Shown here piece after piece: positions 1 to 10,349 of a stretch of DNA of 64,000 bases (the stretch's first letter is position 1; each line of letters opens with the position of its first letter). Under the pieces are notes generated by a model that was not told the origin of the DNA, did not search any database, and saw only the letters and a program-made list of their open reading frames with translations. Both the position numbers and the translations under genes were made by a program. This DNA comes from Patescibacteria group bacterium (GTDB taxonomy: Bacteria; Patescibacteriota; Patescibacteriia; 2-01-FULL-39-33), in NCBI GenBank assembly GCA_041649575.1, contig JBAZMW010000003.1, positions 58,102 to 122,101 of the forward strand, written 5' to 3'.

Positions 1-11
1 CGATCTGGGCA

Positions 12-1241
12 ATGTTAGGAAAACAGCAAAAGAAATTTTGTTTGATTTTCTGCCAAACACGGACGCAGGCGAAGCAGCACATGATGAATATTCGGGGTGA
101 ACTTGAAGGTAACGACCTCTTAAAGAAAGATTTGGGCCCTTTTCAGGAGCAAAGCGATGAATGGGGTTCATATTCGCTTGTGTTTAACAAAAGCGGCGCC
201 CGTATTACTGTGGCGTCAACTGAACAAAGCATCCGAGGCATTAGGCACAACGAACATCGGCCGGATTTAATAATCTGTGACGACGTTGAAGACGTCCAAT
301 CAACCAAAACTCGCGAGGGCCGGGATAAAACCTACCAATGGCTTTATGGCGAGGTCATGCCCGCTGGAGACCGCAAAACTCGCTTAATAATTGTCGGTAA
401 TCTTTTACATGAAGATTCCCTGCTAATGCGGATTAAAGACGATATCAAAAATAACCGATCAAAAGGTGTCTTTAAACAGTATCCCCTGCTCGACACTAAT
501 GATGTTTGTCTATGGCCCGGGAAATATCCCGAAAAAAAAGACATTGAAGAAGAAAAGCTAAAAATTGCTAGCGAAATATCATGGCAACGTGAATACCTGC
601 TTCGCATTATTCCCAGCGACGATCAGGTTATATACCACGAATGGTTAAATTATTATGACAATTTACCAAGTCAAAAACATATTGCTTATCGGGGCACCTA
701 CGCTGGCGTGGATTTAGCCATTTCAACTGAAGATTCAGCTGATTTTACCACAATCGTTTCAGCGAGAATATATGGCCGGGCGGAAAAATTAAAAATATAT
801 ATTCTTCCAAATCCCATTATGGAAAAATTGAATTTCCCAGCTCAAGTGGAATTAATGAAAAATTTTAAAGCCACGCAAATGCCAAATTATAGTGATACCC
901 TATTTGTCGAAAGTGTCTCATATCAAGAAGCTTTGCCGCAAATGTTAGAGTTAAACGGCGTTGATGCGGAATCAATCAAACCAAAGGGCGATAAACGGAC
1001 ACGGCTTGCCTTAACATCGACATCAATTAAATCCGGCATCATTAAATTTCCACGACATGGTTGTGAGCGGCTAATTGAGCAGTTAGTGGGCTTCGGCGTT
1101 GAAAAGCATGACGATCTGGCCGATGCTTTTTCATTATTAATTAATTCTACTTTAGACAAGCACGCCCATGAATCAACGTGGTATATGGCTTTCCTGGGTG
1201 GTAAAACCTATTATTATCCTGATTACGTTGACGTGGACTAG
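12..1241 (+). CDS. phage terminase large subunit (TerL), N-terminally truncated by window edge
   Basis: Walker-B-like DLIICDDVED followed by an RNase-H-like nuclease region (GVDLAISTEDSADFTTIV ... KHDDLADAF) typical of terminase_6-type TerL; ORF runs off the 5-prime end of the window. Confidence 0.6.
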   Translation: MLGKQQKKFCLIFCQTRTQAKQHMMNIRGELEGNDLLKKDLGPFQEQSDEWGSYSLVFNKSGARITVASTEQSIRGIRHNEHRPDLIICDDVEDVQSTKTREGRDKTYQWLYGEVMPAGDRKTRLIIVGNLLHEDSLLMRIKDDIKNNRSKGVFKQYPLLDTNDVCLWPGKYPEKKDIEEEKLKIASEISWQREYLLRIIPSDDQVIYHEWLNYYDNLPSQKHIAYRGTYAGVDLAISTEDSADFTTIVSARIYGRAEKLKIYILPNPIMEKLNFPAQVELMKNFKATQMPNYSDTLFVESVSYQEALPQMLELNGVDAESIKPKGDKRTRLALTSTSIKSGIIKFPRHGCERLIEQLVGFGVEKHDDLADAFSLLINSTLDKHAHESTWYMAFLGGKTYYYPDYVDVD

Positions 1242-1333
1242 CGAAAAATAGCAAATGCTATGTAAAAAGATGCCAACAAGTTGCCAACAGGTATAGCTTA
1301 GCAAAACCGCTAATCTCTGGCATCAATGTATAC

Positions 1334-2653
1334 ATGGATACCAACCAAATCTCAGCACTTATAGGCAAGCCTGCCATAGTGCCCATAATTAAGGCTAAAT
1401 ACGTCCTGTACGCTCGAAAATCGACCGAACAGGACGAAAGACAAGCCTTATCAATTGAATCTCAGGTCAAAGAAATGCTTGCCATAGCGGAGCGTGAAAA
1501 TCTTGATGTTATCGATATACGGCGTGAAGCCCATTCGGCCAAAGATTCGGGTCAGCGCCCGGTATTTAAAGAAATTTTGGAAGATCTGCGACGAGAGCGA
1601 TTTAACGGCATTTTAGTCTGGCACCCTGATCGCCTAAGCAGAAACGCCGGTGATTTAGGGTCGTTGGTAGATTTAATGGATCAAAGGCTACTAGTCCAAA
1701 TACGTACCTACGGGCAAACTTTCACCAATACGCCAAGCGAGAAATTTTTACTAATGATTTTATGTAGTCAGGCAAAACTGGAAAACGATAATAAAAGCAT
1801 AAACGTAAAGCGTGGCCTAAGGACACGGGTTGAAATGGGGTTATGGCCAGCGACAGCACCGACCGGATATCTCAATGAGAAAAGAATTGACCGAAAAGGT
1901 TATGTTCTCGTTGATCCTGACCGAGCGCCGATTATTAAACAAATGTTTGAAAAAGTCGCCTACGAAAAATGGACTGGCAGAAAATTATACCATTGGCTGA
2001 GATTTGATTTAAATTTCAGAACAGCGGCAGGCGGAAAGCATTTATCGTTGGGCAACATATACGTATTACTACAAAATCATTTTTACTACGGCGTATTTGA
2101 GTACCCGAAAAAAAGTGGCAATTGGTACAATGGCAAACACACTCCAATTATCACCAAGGAGTTATATGACTTGGTTCAAGGACAAGTCAAAAGCCAAATT
2201 ATGAGATCAGAGACTAAGGAGTTTGCGTTTACCAAACTTATAACCTGTGGTTTATGCGGATCAGGGATAACGGCCGATGAAAAATTTAAAAAGCAAAAAG
2301 ATGGCAGCGTCCACCGTCATGTTTATTATAAGTGCACAAAATCAAGAGATAAAGATTGTAAGTGCGGATTTATAAATGAGATTGAATTGTTAAAACAGTT
2401 TGAAAAATTAATCAACAAAGTCAGCATAAATGAAATGGGCATGAAAGAAAAAATTAAATATGAAGTTGAAAGAATTAAAAAATTTCAACAATCCATACTT
2501 GGCGTAAAGCAAGATATTAAAATAAAAGACGTAGACATCCGAGACTACGCCAAATTTATTTTAAAGGATGGATCTGTTGAAGAGAAACGAGAATTACTGA
2601 GTTGTTTTAAAAGCAAAATTACTTTACAAAATAAACAAATTTCCCTTCGCTAA
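1334..2653 (+). CDS. large serine recombinase (phage-type integrase)
   Basis: N-terminal resolvase catalytic domain (YARKSTEQDERQALSIESQ ... HPDRLSRN), recombinase domain and C-terminal Cys-rich zinc ribbon (CGLCGS ... YYKCTKSRDKDCKC). Confidence 0.8.
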   Translation: MDTNQISALIGKPAIVPIIKAKYVLYARKSTEQDERQALSIESQVKEMLAIAERENLDVIDIRREAHSAKDSGQRPVFKEILEDLRRERFNGILVWHPDRLSRNAGDLGSLVDLMDQRLLVQIRTYGQTFTNTPSEKFLLMILCSQAKLENDNKSINVKRGLRTRVEMGLWPATAPTGYLNEKRIDRKGYVLVDPDRAPIIKQMFEKVAYEKWTGRKLYHWLRFDLNFRTAAGGKHLSLGNIYVLLQNHFYYGVFEYPKKSGNWYNGKHTPIITKELYDLVQGQVKSQIMRSETKEFAFTKLITCGLCGSGITADEKFKKQKDGSVHRHVYYKCTKSRDKDCKCGFINEIELLKQFEKLINKVSINEMGMKEKIKYEVERIKKFQQSILGVKQDIKIKDVDIRDYAKFILKDGSVEEKRELLSCFKSKITLQNKQISLR

Positions 2654-2689
2654 ATTAATTCATATTTAAAATATAATATTTCCCACAAA

Positions 2690-3211
2690 TTATCGAAATG
2701 TCCACCCACGTTCTTTTGATAATCCTAATAGATCCAAACATCCAACATTATAAGATGAGTCCTTACAAATATTAGGAATGGTCCATTTTGAGGGTTTAAG
2801 ACTGACCGTATAGCGTTCTTCGGTAATAATTTTTAATCCTTCATGTTTTGCCTGAGCGATTAGCCAAGGATCTGCATGCACTGAACCGATCTTTGCGTTA
2901 ACAAAAGATGAAAATTTTGGTGACATGGTACGTAAAATTTTACCTTCCGCAATTAAATTATAATCCTGAAAAATACTTTTATTTTTTTGTGCCCAATCAT
3001 ACAATTCTATACCTTTCTTACCGTCAGTTTTTATCTCTAATAGAACTTCAACATGAGAAATAATTATTCCCTGTTTAATTAAATCTAAAACATTTGCCCA
3101 AAGTCCCGGAGTAACTTCTTTTGATGACCATCCTGTGCCATTAAAAATATCCATCAATGAACTACTATCGATGGTGTATTCAGCAGGCTTTGAAAAAAGG
3201 TCATTAATCAT
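2690..3211 (-). CDS. PIN-like nuclease-domain protein (DUF4411-like), putative toxin partner
   Basis: N-terminal TIDSSSLMD and C-terminal HADPWLIAQAKHEGLKIITEE fit PIN-domain acidic motifs; about 170 aa; start overlaps the stop of the upstream ImmA/IrrE-HTH gene (3204..3211). Confidence 0.5.
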   Translation of the reverse strand: MINDLFSKPAEYTIDSSSLMDIFNGTGWSSKEVTPGLWANVLDLIKQGIIISHVEVLLEIKTDGKKGIELYDWAQKNKSIFQDYNLIAEGKILRTMSPKFSSFVNAKIGSVHADPWLIAQAKHEGLKIITEERYTVSLKPSKWTIPNICKDSSYNVGCLDLLGLSKERGWTFR

Positions 3212-4394
3212 AGGAATTTAAAACATCTCTAAATCCAGAAATATACCTTCTTTTTAAACCAAGATAATCAGAGACTGTTGAGTAAGAAATTTTATTGTGA
3301 CTATAGGCCTCAATCACTAAAGAGCTAAAAGATTTTCCATTTTTTTGAACAATTGTTTTTAATGAAAAACTGCCACCCGCTTTTCGTTTTGGCATTAATG
3401 ATTTATCCCAAGTTTCAACTTTATCTAAATATATTGATTTTTCAATCAACTTAAAAAATAACATTCTCCTCAATATAACCACTCTACTAACCTTAAAATC
3501 TATGGCTAATTTTCTGACAATCGAATCAAGATCGTCCGAACTAATCTTATTAATATTTCGTAACAAATAATGATTTAAAAAATCATCCTCGGGAACTAAA
3601 AAATTTGCTGCGAATTTATTACAAAATATTTCGACTTTATTAACGTGACCGTCAACATCATCAAATATTTTAAAATTATTACATAATCCAGTCTCACGTA
3701 ATAAAATATGTGCAAACTCATGAGCTAAAGAAAAATTTTTAGCACCCTCATAGTCTTTATTATTTATTAAAATCACATATGGCTTTAAATCAGCGAAAGA
3801 AAAAGCCCTATAGTCCTCCGTGGGGAAAGTATCGTGCAGAACCGCCTTTAAAGTGATCACTCCCGTTGCTTCAATCTTTGACCTAAGGTACTCAAAAAAA
3901 TCTTCATATTTTTTAAACTTAAATTGATCATTTGCGGAAATTGACAATTCGGATCTAATTTTATTGGCTAAGTGCTCGGGATTCTGATCAAGTGTGTATT
4001 TCGGATATTTAAATATTGGTTTTTCTCCCAATTCTTCATAGAGGCTTACTGCTGTCTCCTGTATCTTCCTTGCTTTTCTTATAGCTAGTAAGCCTTTTGG
4101 AGAAATGTCAAAATTATCTTTCGAACCAATAGTTCTGAAATCCGGCAAACTAATCTTCTCTTCAGGTGAATGAGCAAGAAAAAAAACCGCCAATGGGCGT
4201 TTGTATATTTCAGCGAGTTTTTTAATATCTCTAAAAGTGGGCTGAGTCTCACCAGATTCCCACCTTTTTATTGTATCTACTGAGACTTCTTTCCAAGATT
4301 TTCTAAGTTGGGTGGTCAAATTTTCTAAATTAGCACCAAAACTTATTTCTCTTGCCCACTTCAATATTTTTGGTTCAAATATTAAATTTTCCAT
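3204..4394 (-). CDS. HTH (XRE) + ImmA/IrrE family zinc metallopeptidase
   Basis: N-terminal XRE-type HTH (TQLRKSWKEVSVDTIKRWESGETQPTFRDIKKLAEIY) and HEXXH motif (SLAHEFAHILLRE) typical of COG2856/DUF955 peptidases. Confidence 0.75.
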   Translation of the reverse strand: MENLIFEPKILKWAREISFGANLENLTTQLRKSWKEVSVDTIKRWESGETQPTFRDIKKLAEIYKRPLAVFFLAHSPEEKISLPDFRTIGSKDNFDISPKGLLAIRKARKIQETAVSLYEELGEKPIFKYPKYTLDQNPEHLANKIRSELSISANDQFKFKKYEDFFEYLRSKIEATGVITLKAVLHDTFPTEDYRAFSFADLKPYVILINNKDYEGAKNFSLAHEFAHILLRETGLCNNFKIFDDVDGHVNKVEIFCNKFAANFLVPEDDFLNHYLLRNINKISSDDLDSIVRKLAIDFKVSRVVILRRMLFFKLIEKSIYLDKVETWDKSLMPKRKAGGSFSLKTIVQKNGKSFSSLVIEAYSHNKISYSTVSDYLGLKRRYISGFRDVLNSYD

Positions 4395-4454
4395 ATAGAG
4401 TTACTCGAAATAATTTTTTCAGGTATTAATTATCATGTTTAATTTTTGAATAAA

Positions 4455-7400
4455 TTATTTTTCTAGATCCTTAACATAAAATTTACCACCTGAAATATCA
4501 AAAAATCTTTCAAAAAATCTGGTTAGTTTATCTAACACATTATCACGCTTCTGTGTTCTTTCGCCAGTTGGAGAAAATCGAGACACGGGTGGCAGTACTT
4601 TTGAAATTGCCGTTCCCGTTGTTGAGACGCCACCGTCCCTAAAAGCGTTCCTTACAAATGCGTACGTAGCGTCGTGATCAAGATTTTCAGTTTTAATAAT
4701 TTTTTCAAGCTCATCAATCTTTTTTTCTTCGACGAATCGTTGCCAATCTTCATCTACAATCGAGTGAACATCAAGCGACGTAATAAATTGATTAATTAGG
4801 TCTTTTTTATTACGCAGCTCAATACTAGAATCAATCGCCTTATTAATATCAATCAAAAGCTCACGATTTTTTATATGGTCTTCATGATATTTCTTAATAA
4901 GTCCTAACACATAATCGATATTTATTTCTACCTGTTTGATAAGCTCCATTTCAAAAACTACGTCGTCGTTAATGTTCTCTTTTTCTTCATCGGCAATCTT
5001 CCTAAACTCGTTATAAAGATCAATGTACATACTATGATAATCTTGCACGTCTCGCTCAGTCAAAATCTCATTACCCGCAAACTCGTCAAACGTGACAAGA
5101 ATATTACGTACACGCAAAATCGCTCCATATAATTTAATGAATTCTTTTTGATTTTGTTCGCCTACAATTCTTTCTCCAACGGTAAACTTTTCCGTCAATT
5201 CTTTTACCAGACTTTCGTATCCACGTATATCCTTATTTTCATATTTATAGCCATAGTAATAATCCTTATAGGCTTTAAGAAGGACTATTCCACTCGCCTC
5301 TTTATCACCAAAGAGTGAGATGGATTCATTTGTTGCTTTTTCTAGATTACGGAAACAAATAATATTTCCAAATGTTTTTACGCTATTTAGAATTCGGTTC
5401 GTTCTTGAATATGCTTGCAATAAACCATGCAAACGTAAATTTTTATCAACCCAAAGAGTATTAAGAGTAGTCGCATCAAATCCAGTTAAAAACATATTGA
5501 CTACAATAAGAATATCAATTTCTCGATTTTTAACTCGCTCACTTACATCTTTATAGTAATTTTGGAACTTGTCAGAAGATGTATCATAAGAGGTTCCAAA
5601 CATTGCGTTATAATCTATAATTGCACTATCTAAAAAATCTCTTGAGCTAGCGTCAAGCTCGCTTGTATCCTCAGAGTTTTCATCAATCATTCCATCTGCA
5701 TCTTCATCGTTCACTCCAAAACTATAGATAGTGGCTATCTTGAGACGCTTATCACTGGGTACCTCGGCTAACTGTTTTTTAAATTCAGCATAATATTTCT
5801 TTGCCACATCAATAGAGGAAACGGCAAAGATTGAGTTAAATCCTGCTAGCCTCCGGTCTTTAAGTTTATAGAAACTATTACGTTTTGTTTTTTGATCAAA
5901 ATGATCACAAATATATCGAACAATATTCCCTATACGTTCCGGTGCGGCAAGAACTGCCTCACGATCGATATCGCTCACTTTTTTATCTTCAATATTTTCG
6001 GCTTCACGGACAGTAGATACATAGTCCACTTTGAAAGGCAAAACATTCCTATCTGCGATTGCGTCAACAATCGTGTAAGTATGTAATTTATCACCAAAAG
6101 CCTGTTCGGTTGTTTTCAAATCAGGGCGACCACCAGAAGAAGCATTTACGGCAAAAATTGGAGTGCCAGTGAACCCAAAAATGTGGTAATTATTAAATGC
6201 TTTTATAATCGCCGCATGCATGTCGCCAAATTGGGAACGGTGACATTCATCAAAAATCAATACAACGTGGCCGTCAAAAATAGTATGTTCTCCATTACGA
6301 CTAATAAATCGATCCAATTTTTGAATAGTAGTAATAATGATACGTGTATTTGGGTTTTCAAGTTGTTTTTTAAGAACAGAGGTACTCGTGTTACTGTTTG
6401 CGGCACCTTTCTCAAACTTGTCATATTCACGCATAGTCTGATAATCCAAATCTTTACGATCAACAACGAACAAAACTTTGTCTATATAAGATACTTTGCT
6501 TATGAGCTGCGCCGTTTTAAAACTCGTCAGGGTTTTCCCCGATCCTGTTGTGTGCCAAATATATCCACCCGCTTCAACCGTGCCAAGCTTTTTATAGTTT
6601 GTACTTACTTCGATTCGACTCAAAATTCTTTCCGTAGCTACTATTTGATATGGCCGCATCACAAGGAGTAAGCGGTCGGTCGTAAATACACAATACTTAG
6701 TCAGAATATTCAAAAGCGTATGCTTTGCGAAAAAGGTCTTCGCAAAATCCATAAGATCAGTAATGGGACGATTTGTTGCATCTGCCCACCAGCTGGTAAA
6801 TTCAAAACTGTTGCTTGTTCTTTTACCTTTTTTTAATCCGCCCTCGTTTGCTTCTTTAATATGTTCAGAGCGAGTTGTATTGCTGTAGTATTTAGTATGT
6901 GTTCCATTTGAAATAACAAACAGCTGTACATATTCAAAAAGACCAGAAGAAGCCCAAAAACTTTCTTTCTGGTAACGATTAATCTGATTAAAAGCCTCTT
7001 GAATCGCGACACCGCGACGTTTAAGTTCTATGTGAACAATTGGCAAACCATTTACAAGCACCGTTACGTCGTACCGGTTAGCACGCTTACCATTCTCAGT
7101 CGCATATTGATTTATAACTTGAAGATAATTGTCATGAATATTATCTTTTTTTATAAGATAAATATTCTTTGTTGACCCATCGTCACGAGTCAAATTCTTT
7201 ACATGATCTTCTTGAACTGTAGCCGTCTTTTCTTCAATACTTTGATTTGGATTAGCAAGTTCACTCGCAAAAAAATGTTCCCATTCATTGTCAGTAAAAA
7301 TAAATCCATTAAGTTTTTCTAATTGTTTGCGTAAGTTGAGAATGAGATCATTTTCTGAAGTAATCGCAATGTATTCATAAGCCTGAGTTTCTAATTGTTT

Positions 7401-7529
7401 AATAAAGGCCTTTTCAAGTTCTGCCTCGCTTTGATAGTGCGCGACTCTTTTAGCATCAGGAATATACTCCGCGACAACCGTGCTTTGGGTACTCTCCGCA
7501 ACTAAGTTGTATTTTTTCTTAACTAACAT
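4455..7529 (-). CDS. hsdR: type I restriction enzyme R subunit (HsdR)
   Basis: SF2 helicase motifs I (TTGSGKTLT) and II (LIFDECHRS); size 1024 aa; immediately downstream of hsdS/hsdM on the same strand. Confidence 0.9.
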   Translation of the reverse strand: MLVKKKYNLVAESTQSTVVAEYIPDAKRVAHYQSEAELEKAFIKQLETQAYEYIAITSENDLILNLRKQLEKLNGFIFTDNEWEHFFASELANPNQSIEEKTATVQEDHVKNLTRDDGSTKNIYLIKKDNIHDNYLQVINQYATENGKRANRYDVTVLVNGLPIVHIELKRRGVAIQEAFNQINRYQKESFWASSGLFEYVQLFVISNGTHTKYYSNTTRSEHIKEANEGGLKKGKRTSNSFEFTSWWADATNRPITDLMDFAKTFFAKHTLLNILTKYCVFTTDRLLLVMRPYQIVATERILSRIEVSTNYKKLGTVEAGGYIWHTTGSGKTLTSFKTAQLISKVSYIDKVLFVVDRKDLDYQTMREYDKFEKGAANSNTSTSVLKKQLENPNTRIIITTIQKLDRFISRNGEHTIFDGHVVLIFDECHRSQFGDMHAAIIKAFNNYHIFGFTGTPIFAVNASSGGRPDLKTTEQAFGDKLHTYTIVDAIADRNVLPFKVDYVSTVREAENIEDKKVSDIDREAVLAAPERIGNIVRYICDHFDQKTKRNSFYKLKDRRLAGFNSIFAVSSIDVAKKYYAEFKKQLAEVPSDKRLKIATIYSFGVNDEDADGMIDENSEDTSELDASSRDFLDSAIIDYNAMFGTSYDTSSDKFQNYYKDVSERVKNREIDILIVVNMFLTGFDATTLNTLWVDKNLRLHGLLQAYSRTNRILNSVKTFGNIICFRNLEKATNESISLFGDKEASGIVLLKAYKDYYYGYKYENKDIRGYESLVKELTEKFTVGERIVGEQNQKEFIKLYGAILRVRNILVTFDEFAGNEILTERDVQDYHSMYIDLYNEFRKIADEEKENINDDVVFEMELIKQVEINIDYVLGLIKKYHEDHIKNRELLIDINKAIDSSIELRNKKDLINQFITSLDVHSIVDEDWQRFVEEKKIDELEKIIKTENLDHDATYAFVRNAFRDGGVSTTGTAISKVLPPVSRFSPTGERTQKRDNVLDKLTRFFERFFDISGGKFYVKDLEK

Positions 7530-8781
7530 ATTGATTAAAAGTTAAAAGTTTATTTCGGTAGTATTCATATTGACACCTGCGTGCAGAAAGCTCTGCAGGC
7601 AAACCGATTGATATATCGTTCAAAAGTGCGTCAAACTTATCTAAAATTTCCACGATGCGATTTTGTTCCTCAATCGGCGGGGTTGGGATTTTGAATTTTG
7701 TGAATTCCTCTTTTGTAATTGTTTTTATCGTGCTTCCACGAGCCGTTTCTTTTTCAACAGAAAATTTTCTTTCAAGCTGATATGCGAAATACTTCTTATT
7801 GATATTTACCTTAAACCTCTCAAAAATTGCAAGGGTGCGATCAACATAACTGTCATATTGAGTGATAGCGACTCGACCGATACTTCCCTGCAAAGTTACT
7901 ATAACTGTTCCAGCAGGCACAAAAACACTTTTGGGTTGAGCTAATCTTGAAATTTTTTGTTTTGTATTTTCAACAAGTTGCATATTTTTACCAACATCTG
8001 CGACTTGAACAAATGGCATTGCGCCTTCTCCGCCATACCATCTACTTTCACCATAAGGCTGTGGAAAAGAACCGCGACGATAATCTGCTATTTCACCCAA
8101 CGTTTTCCATTGCACCTCATTGCCTTCAAATCCTAAAAGCTGATTACGATAATACCCATATTGCATCTCTCTCGCCTCCAGCTCCGCCTCCAGCTCCGCC
8201 TCCAGCTCCGTAAATCTATTAAGAATTTTAGCAATTTCTTTTTGTATTTCAAGTGGCGGAAGAGGAATTTTAAACTTTTTAAATCCACTCATATCTACAG
8301 AAGAAAAACTTGACGTTGTTGTATTATTTCGACACCACTCATCCAATAAGTAACAGTAATAGTAGACAAATCGCATGTCGAATTTATCTGCATATTCTGG
8401 CTTTAGGACAAGCGAATTAAACCTCTGATTTGCAAGATGTGGAACTGTAATTAGTGCGTGTTCACCAATAGTAGCAGACGTCGTGATAATAATAGAATTT
8501 GCGGGAAATAGTCTACCGCCTTTCACAGCAATTTCAGGAATGTGCTGAACTGAATCATCTAGTATGTGCCCATTCTCTCTAATATCTTCCATGCGGAACC
8601 AAGGAATGTTGCCACCCGCCCAATATTCTGGTTTTGCCTTTGATGGTGTGTAGCCGTTTTTAATATCAAAAATTTCTACTAAGTCCCTAAACTCCACTCC
8701 GTTCGGGCATAACTTGGCAATTAGCTGTTCAATTTTATTTATAGGTTTAGTCATGCTATTTTTTTCTTTCAATATCGGCAA
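7519..8781 (-). CDS. hsdS: type I restriction-modification specificity subunit (HsdS)
   Basis: two target-recognition-domain halves with duplicated conserved regions (LEAREMQYGYYRNQLLGF / LSARRCQYEYYRNKLLTF); central ELEAELEAELEA repeat. Confidence 0.85.
   Translation of the reverse strand: MPILKEKNSMTKPINKIEQLIAKLCPNGVEFRDLVEIFDIKNGYTPSKAKPEYWAGGNIPWFRMEDIRENGHILDDSVQHIPEIAVKGGRLFPANSIIITTSATIGEHALITVPHLANQRFNSLVLKPEYADKFDMRFVYYYCYLLDEWCRNNTTTSSFSSVDMSGFKKFKIPLPPLEIQKEIAKILNRFTELEAELEAELEAREMQYGYYRNQLLGFEGNEVQWKTLGEIADYRRGSFPQPYGESRWYGGEGAMPFVQVADVGKNMQLVENTKQKISRLAQPKSVFVPAGTVIVTLQGSIGRVAITQYDSYVDRTLAIFERFKVNINKKYFAYQLERKFSVEKETARGSTIKTITKEEFTKFKIPTPPIEEQNRIVEILDKFDALLNDISIGLPAELSARRCQYEYYRNKLLTFNQYVS
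8164..8199 (-). repeat. 3 x 12-bp tandem repeat (gcctccagctcc) encoding (ELEA)3 in the HsdS central conserved region
   Basis: three perfect tandem copies seen directly in the sequence. Confidence 0.9.
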
Positions 8782-10345
8782 CTATTTCATCAATAGAGGC
8801 ACGGAGCTCATTCTGTCTTGCGACTATTTTGGTAATCTTTTTATTAAGTTCCACAATGTCCACTACTTCGCGAGTATCTTCTCCTACAACATAGCCTGAT
8901 ACAGCAATATTATAATCATTCTCTGCAATGACTTTATTATCAATGAGTTTTGCAAAATACTTCGTATCTCTACGAGCGCTGAATGCTTCTAAAATCTTTA
9001 AACGATTTGTCTCGCTTAATTTATTTTTATTGCCACCATGAACAAACTCGGCAGAGGCATCTATAAAAAGTGTTTTATTATCTTTCTTGCTCTTTTTAAG
9101 CACGATGATGCAAGTGGCAATAGATGTACCGAAAAAAAGATTGGGCGGTAATTGTATAACAGCATCAACATAATTATTATCTACAAGATATTTTCTAATC
9201 TTCTGTTCTGCACCACTACGATAAAGAACACCAGGAAATTCAACAATCGCCGCAGTTCCATTCGTCGATAACCATGAAAGCATGTGCATAGTGAAGGCAA
9301 GATCAGCATAACTCTTTGGCGCCAATACTCCTGCCGGAGAAAAGCGCGGATCATTTATTAGGATAGGGTTTGCGTCGCCATCCCAGTGAATTGAATACGG
9401 TGGATTAGAAACAATAGCATCAAATGGCTCATCATCCCAATGCTTCGGGTCGACGAGAGTATCACCGTGTGCAATATCAAAATGATTATAATTAATATCA
9501 TGCAGGAACATGTTAATGCGACAAAGGTTGTAGATAGTAAGGTTGATTTCTTGCCCAAAAAACCCTTGCCTAACATTTTCTTTCCCTAAAACCTTAACAA
9601 ATTTAAGAAGCAAAGATCCAGAACCGCAAGCAGGATCGTAAACCTTATTAACTTCCTTTTTGCCAACGGTTGTAATTTCAGCGAGAAGCTCACTGACTTC
9701 CTGTGGTGTAAAAAATTCACCACCTGATTTTCCTGCATTTGCGGCATACATAGTCATCAAAAATTCATATGCGTCACCGAAGGCATCTATAGTGTTATCG
9801 GAGTAATTTCCGAGCTTAAGATCACCGATTGATTCAAAAAGTTTTGTGAGTTTATGGTTTCTTTTTTCTACCGTGTTTCCAAGTTTATTGGAGTTTACAT
9901 CAAGATCATCAAACAAACCCTTAATGTCATCCTCACTGTTTGCGCCTTTCGCAGAATTTTCAATATTACGAAAAACGGCAGTAAGAGTTTCATTAAGGTT
10001 AGCGTCATTTCGAGCATTTTTTCTAACATTTATAAAAAGCTCACTTGGTAAGATGTAAAAACCTTTTTCTTTGACTGTATCAGCTCGACCGAATTCGGCT
10101 TCTTTATTGGAAAGTGTAGCGTAGTCAAAATCCTTATTACCAGCACGGCGTTCATCAGCATTGATATAGTTGGTAAGGTTTTCGCTAATAAAGCGATAAA
10201 AAAGTATCCCAAGCACATACTGCTTGAAATCCCAGCCATCAACACTTCCACGTAAGTCATTTGCAATCTGCCAAATAGCACGGTGCAATTCTGAACGCTC
10301 CTGTTCTTTAGTTGTGTTCAAATTTTTATCTTTGATGTTAGCCAT
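8756..10345 (-). CDS. hsdM: type I R-M N6-adenine DNA methyltransferase (HsdM)
   Basis: motif I DPACGSGSLL and motif IV VSNPPYS; HsdM N-terminal domain; overlaps hsdS start. Confidence 0.9.
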   Translation of the reverse strand: MANIKDKNLNTTKEQERSELHRAIWQIANDLRGSVDGWDFKQYVLGILFYRFISENLTNYINADERRAGNKDFDYATLSNKEAEFGRADTVKEKGFYILPSELFINVRKNARNDANLNETLTAVFRNIENSAKGANSEDDIKGLFDDLDVNSNKLGNTVEKRNHKLTKLFESIGDLKLGNYSDNTIDAFGDAYEFLMTMYAANAGKSGGEFFTPQEVSELLAEITTVGKKEVNKVYDPACGSGSLLLKFVKVLGKENVRQGFFGQEINLTIYNLCRINMFLHDINYNHFDIAHGDTLVDPKHWDDEPFDAIVSNPPYSIHWDGDANPILINDPRFSPAGVLAPKSYADLAFTMHMLSWLSTNGTAAIVEFPGVLYRSGAEQKIRKYLVDNNYVDAVIQLPPNLFFGTSIATCIIVLKKSKKDNKTLFIDASAEFVHGGNKNKLSETNRLKILEAFSARRDTKYFAKLIDNKVIAENDYNIAVSGYVVGEDTREVVDIVELNKKITKIVARQNELRASIDEIVADIERKK

Positions 10346-10349
10346 AAGA

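Larger units (their letters stand above)
1..2700. mobile_element. edge of an integrated prophage-like element (TerL + serine integrase at element end)
   Basis: adjacent terminase and large serine recombinase genes; the integrase at the end of the block suggests an attachment site near 2.65-2.70 kb. Confidence 0.45.

Noticed and set aside
8164-8199. Tandem 12-bp repeats considered as a possible CRISPR-like array
   Set aside because: Only three contiguous copies with no spacers, in-frame inside hsdS; no CRISPR array is evident anywhere in the window.
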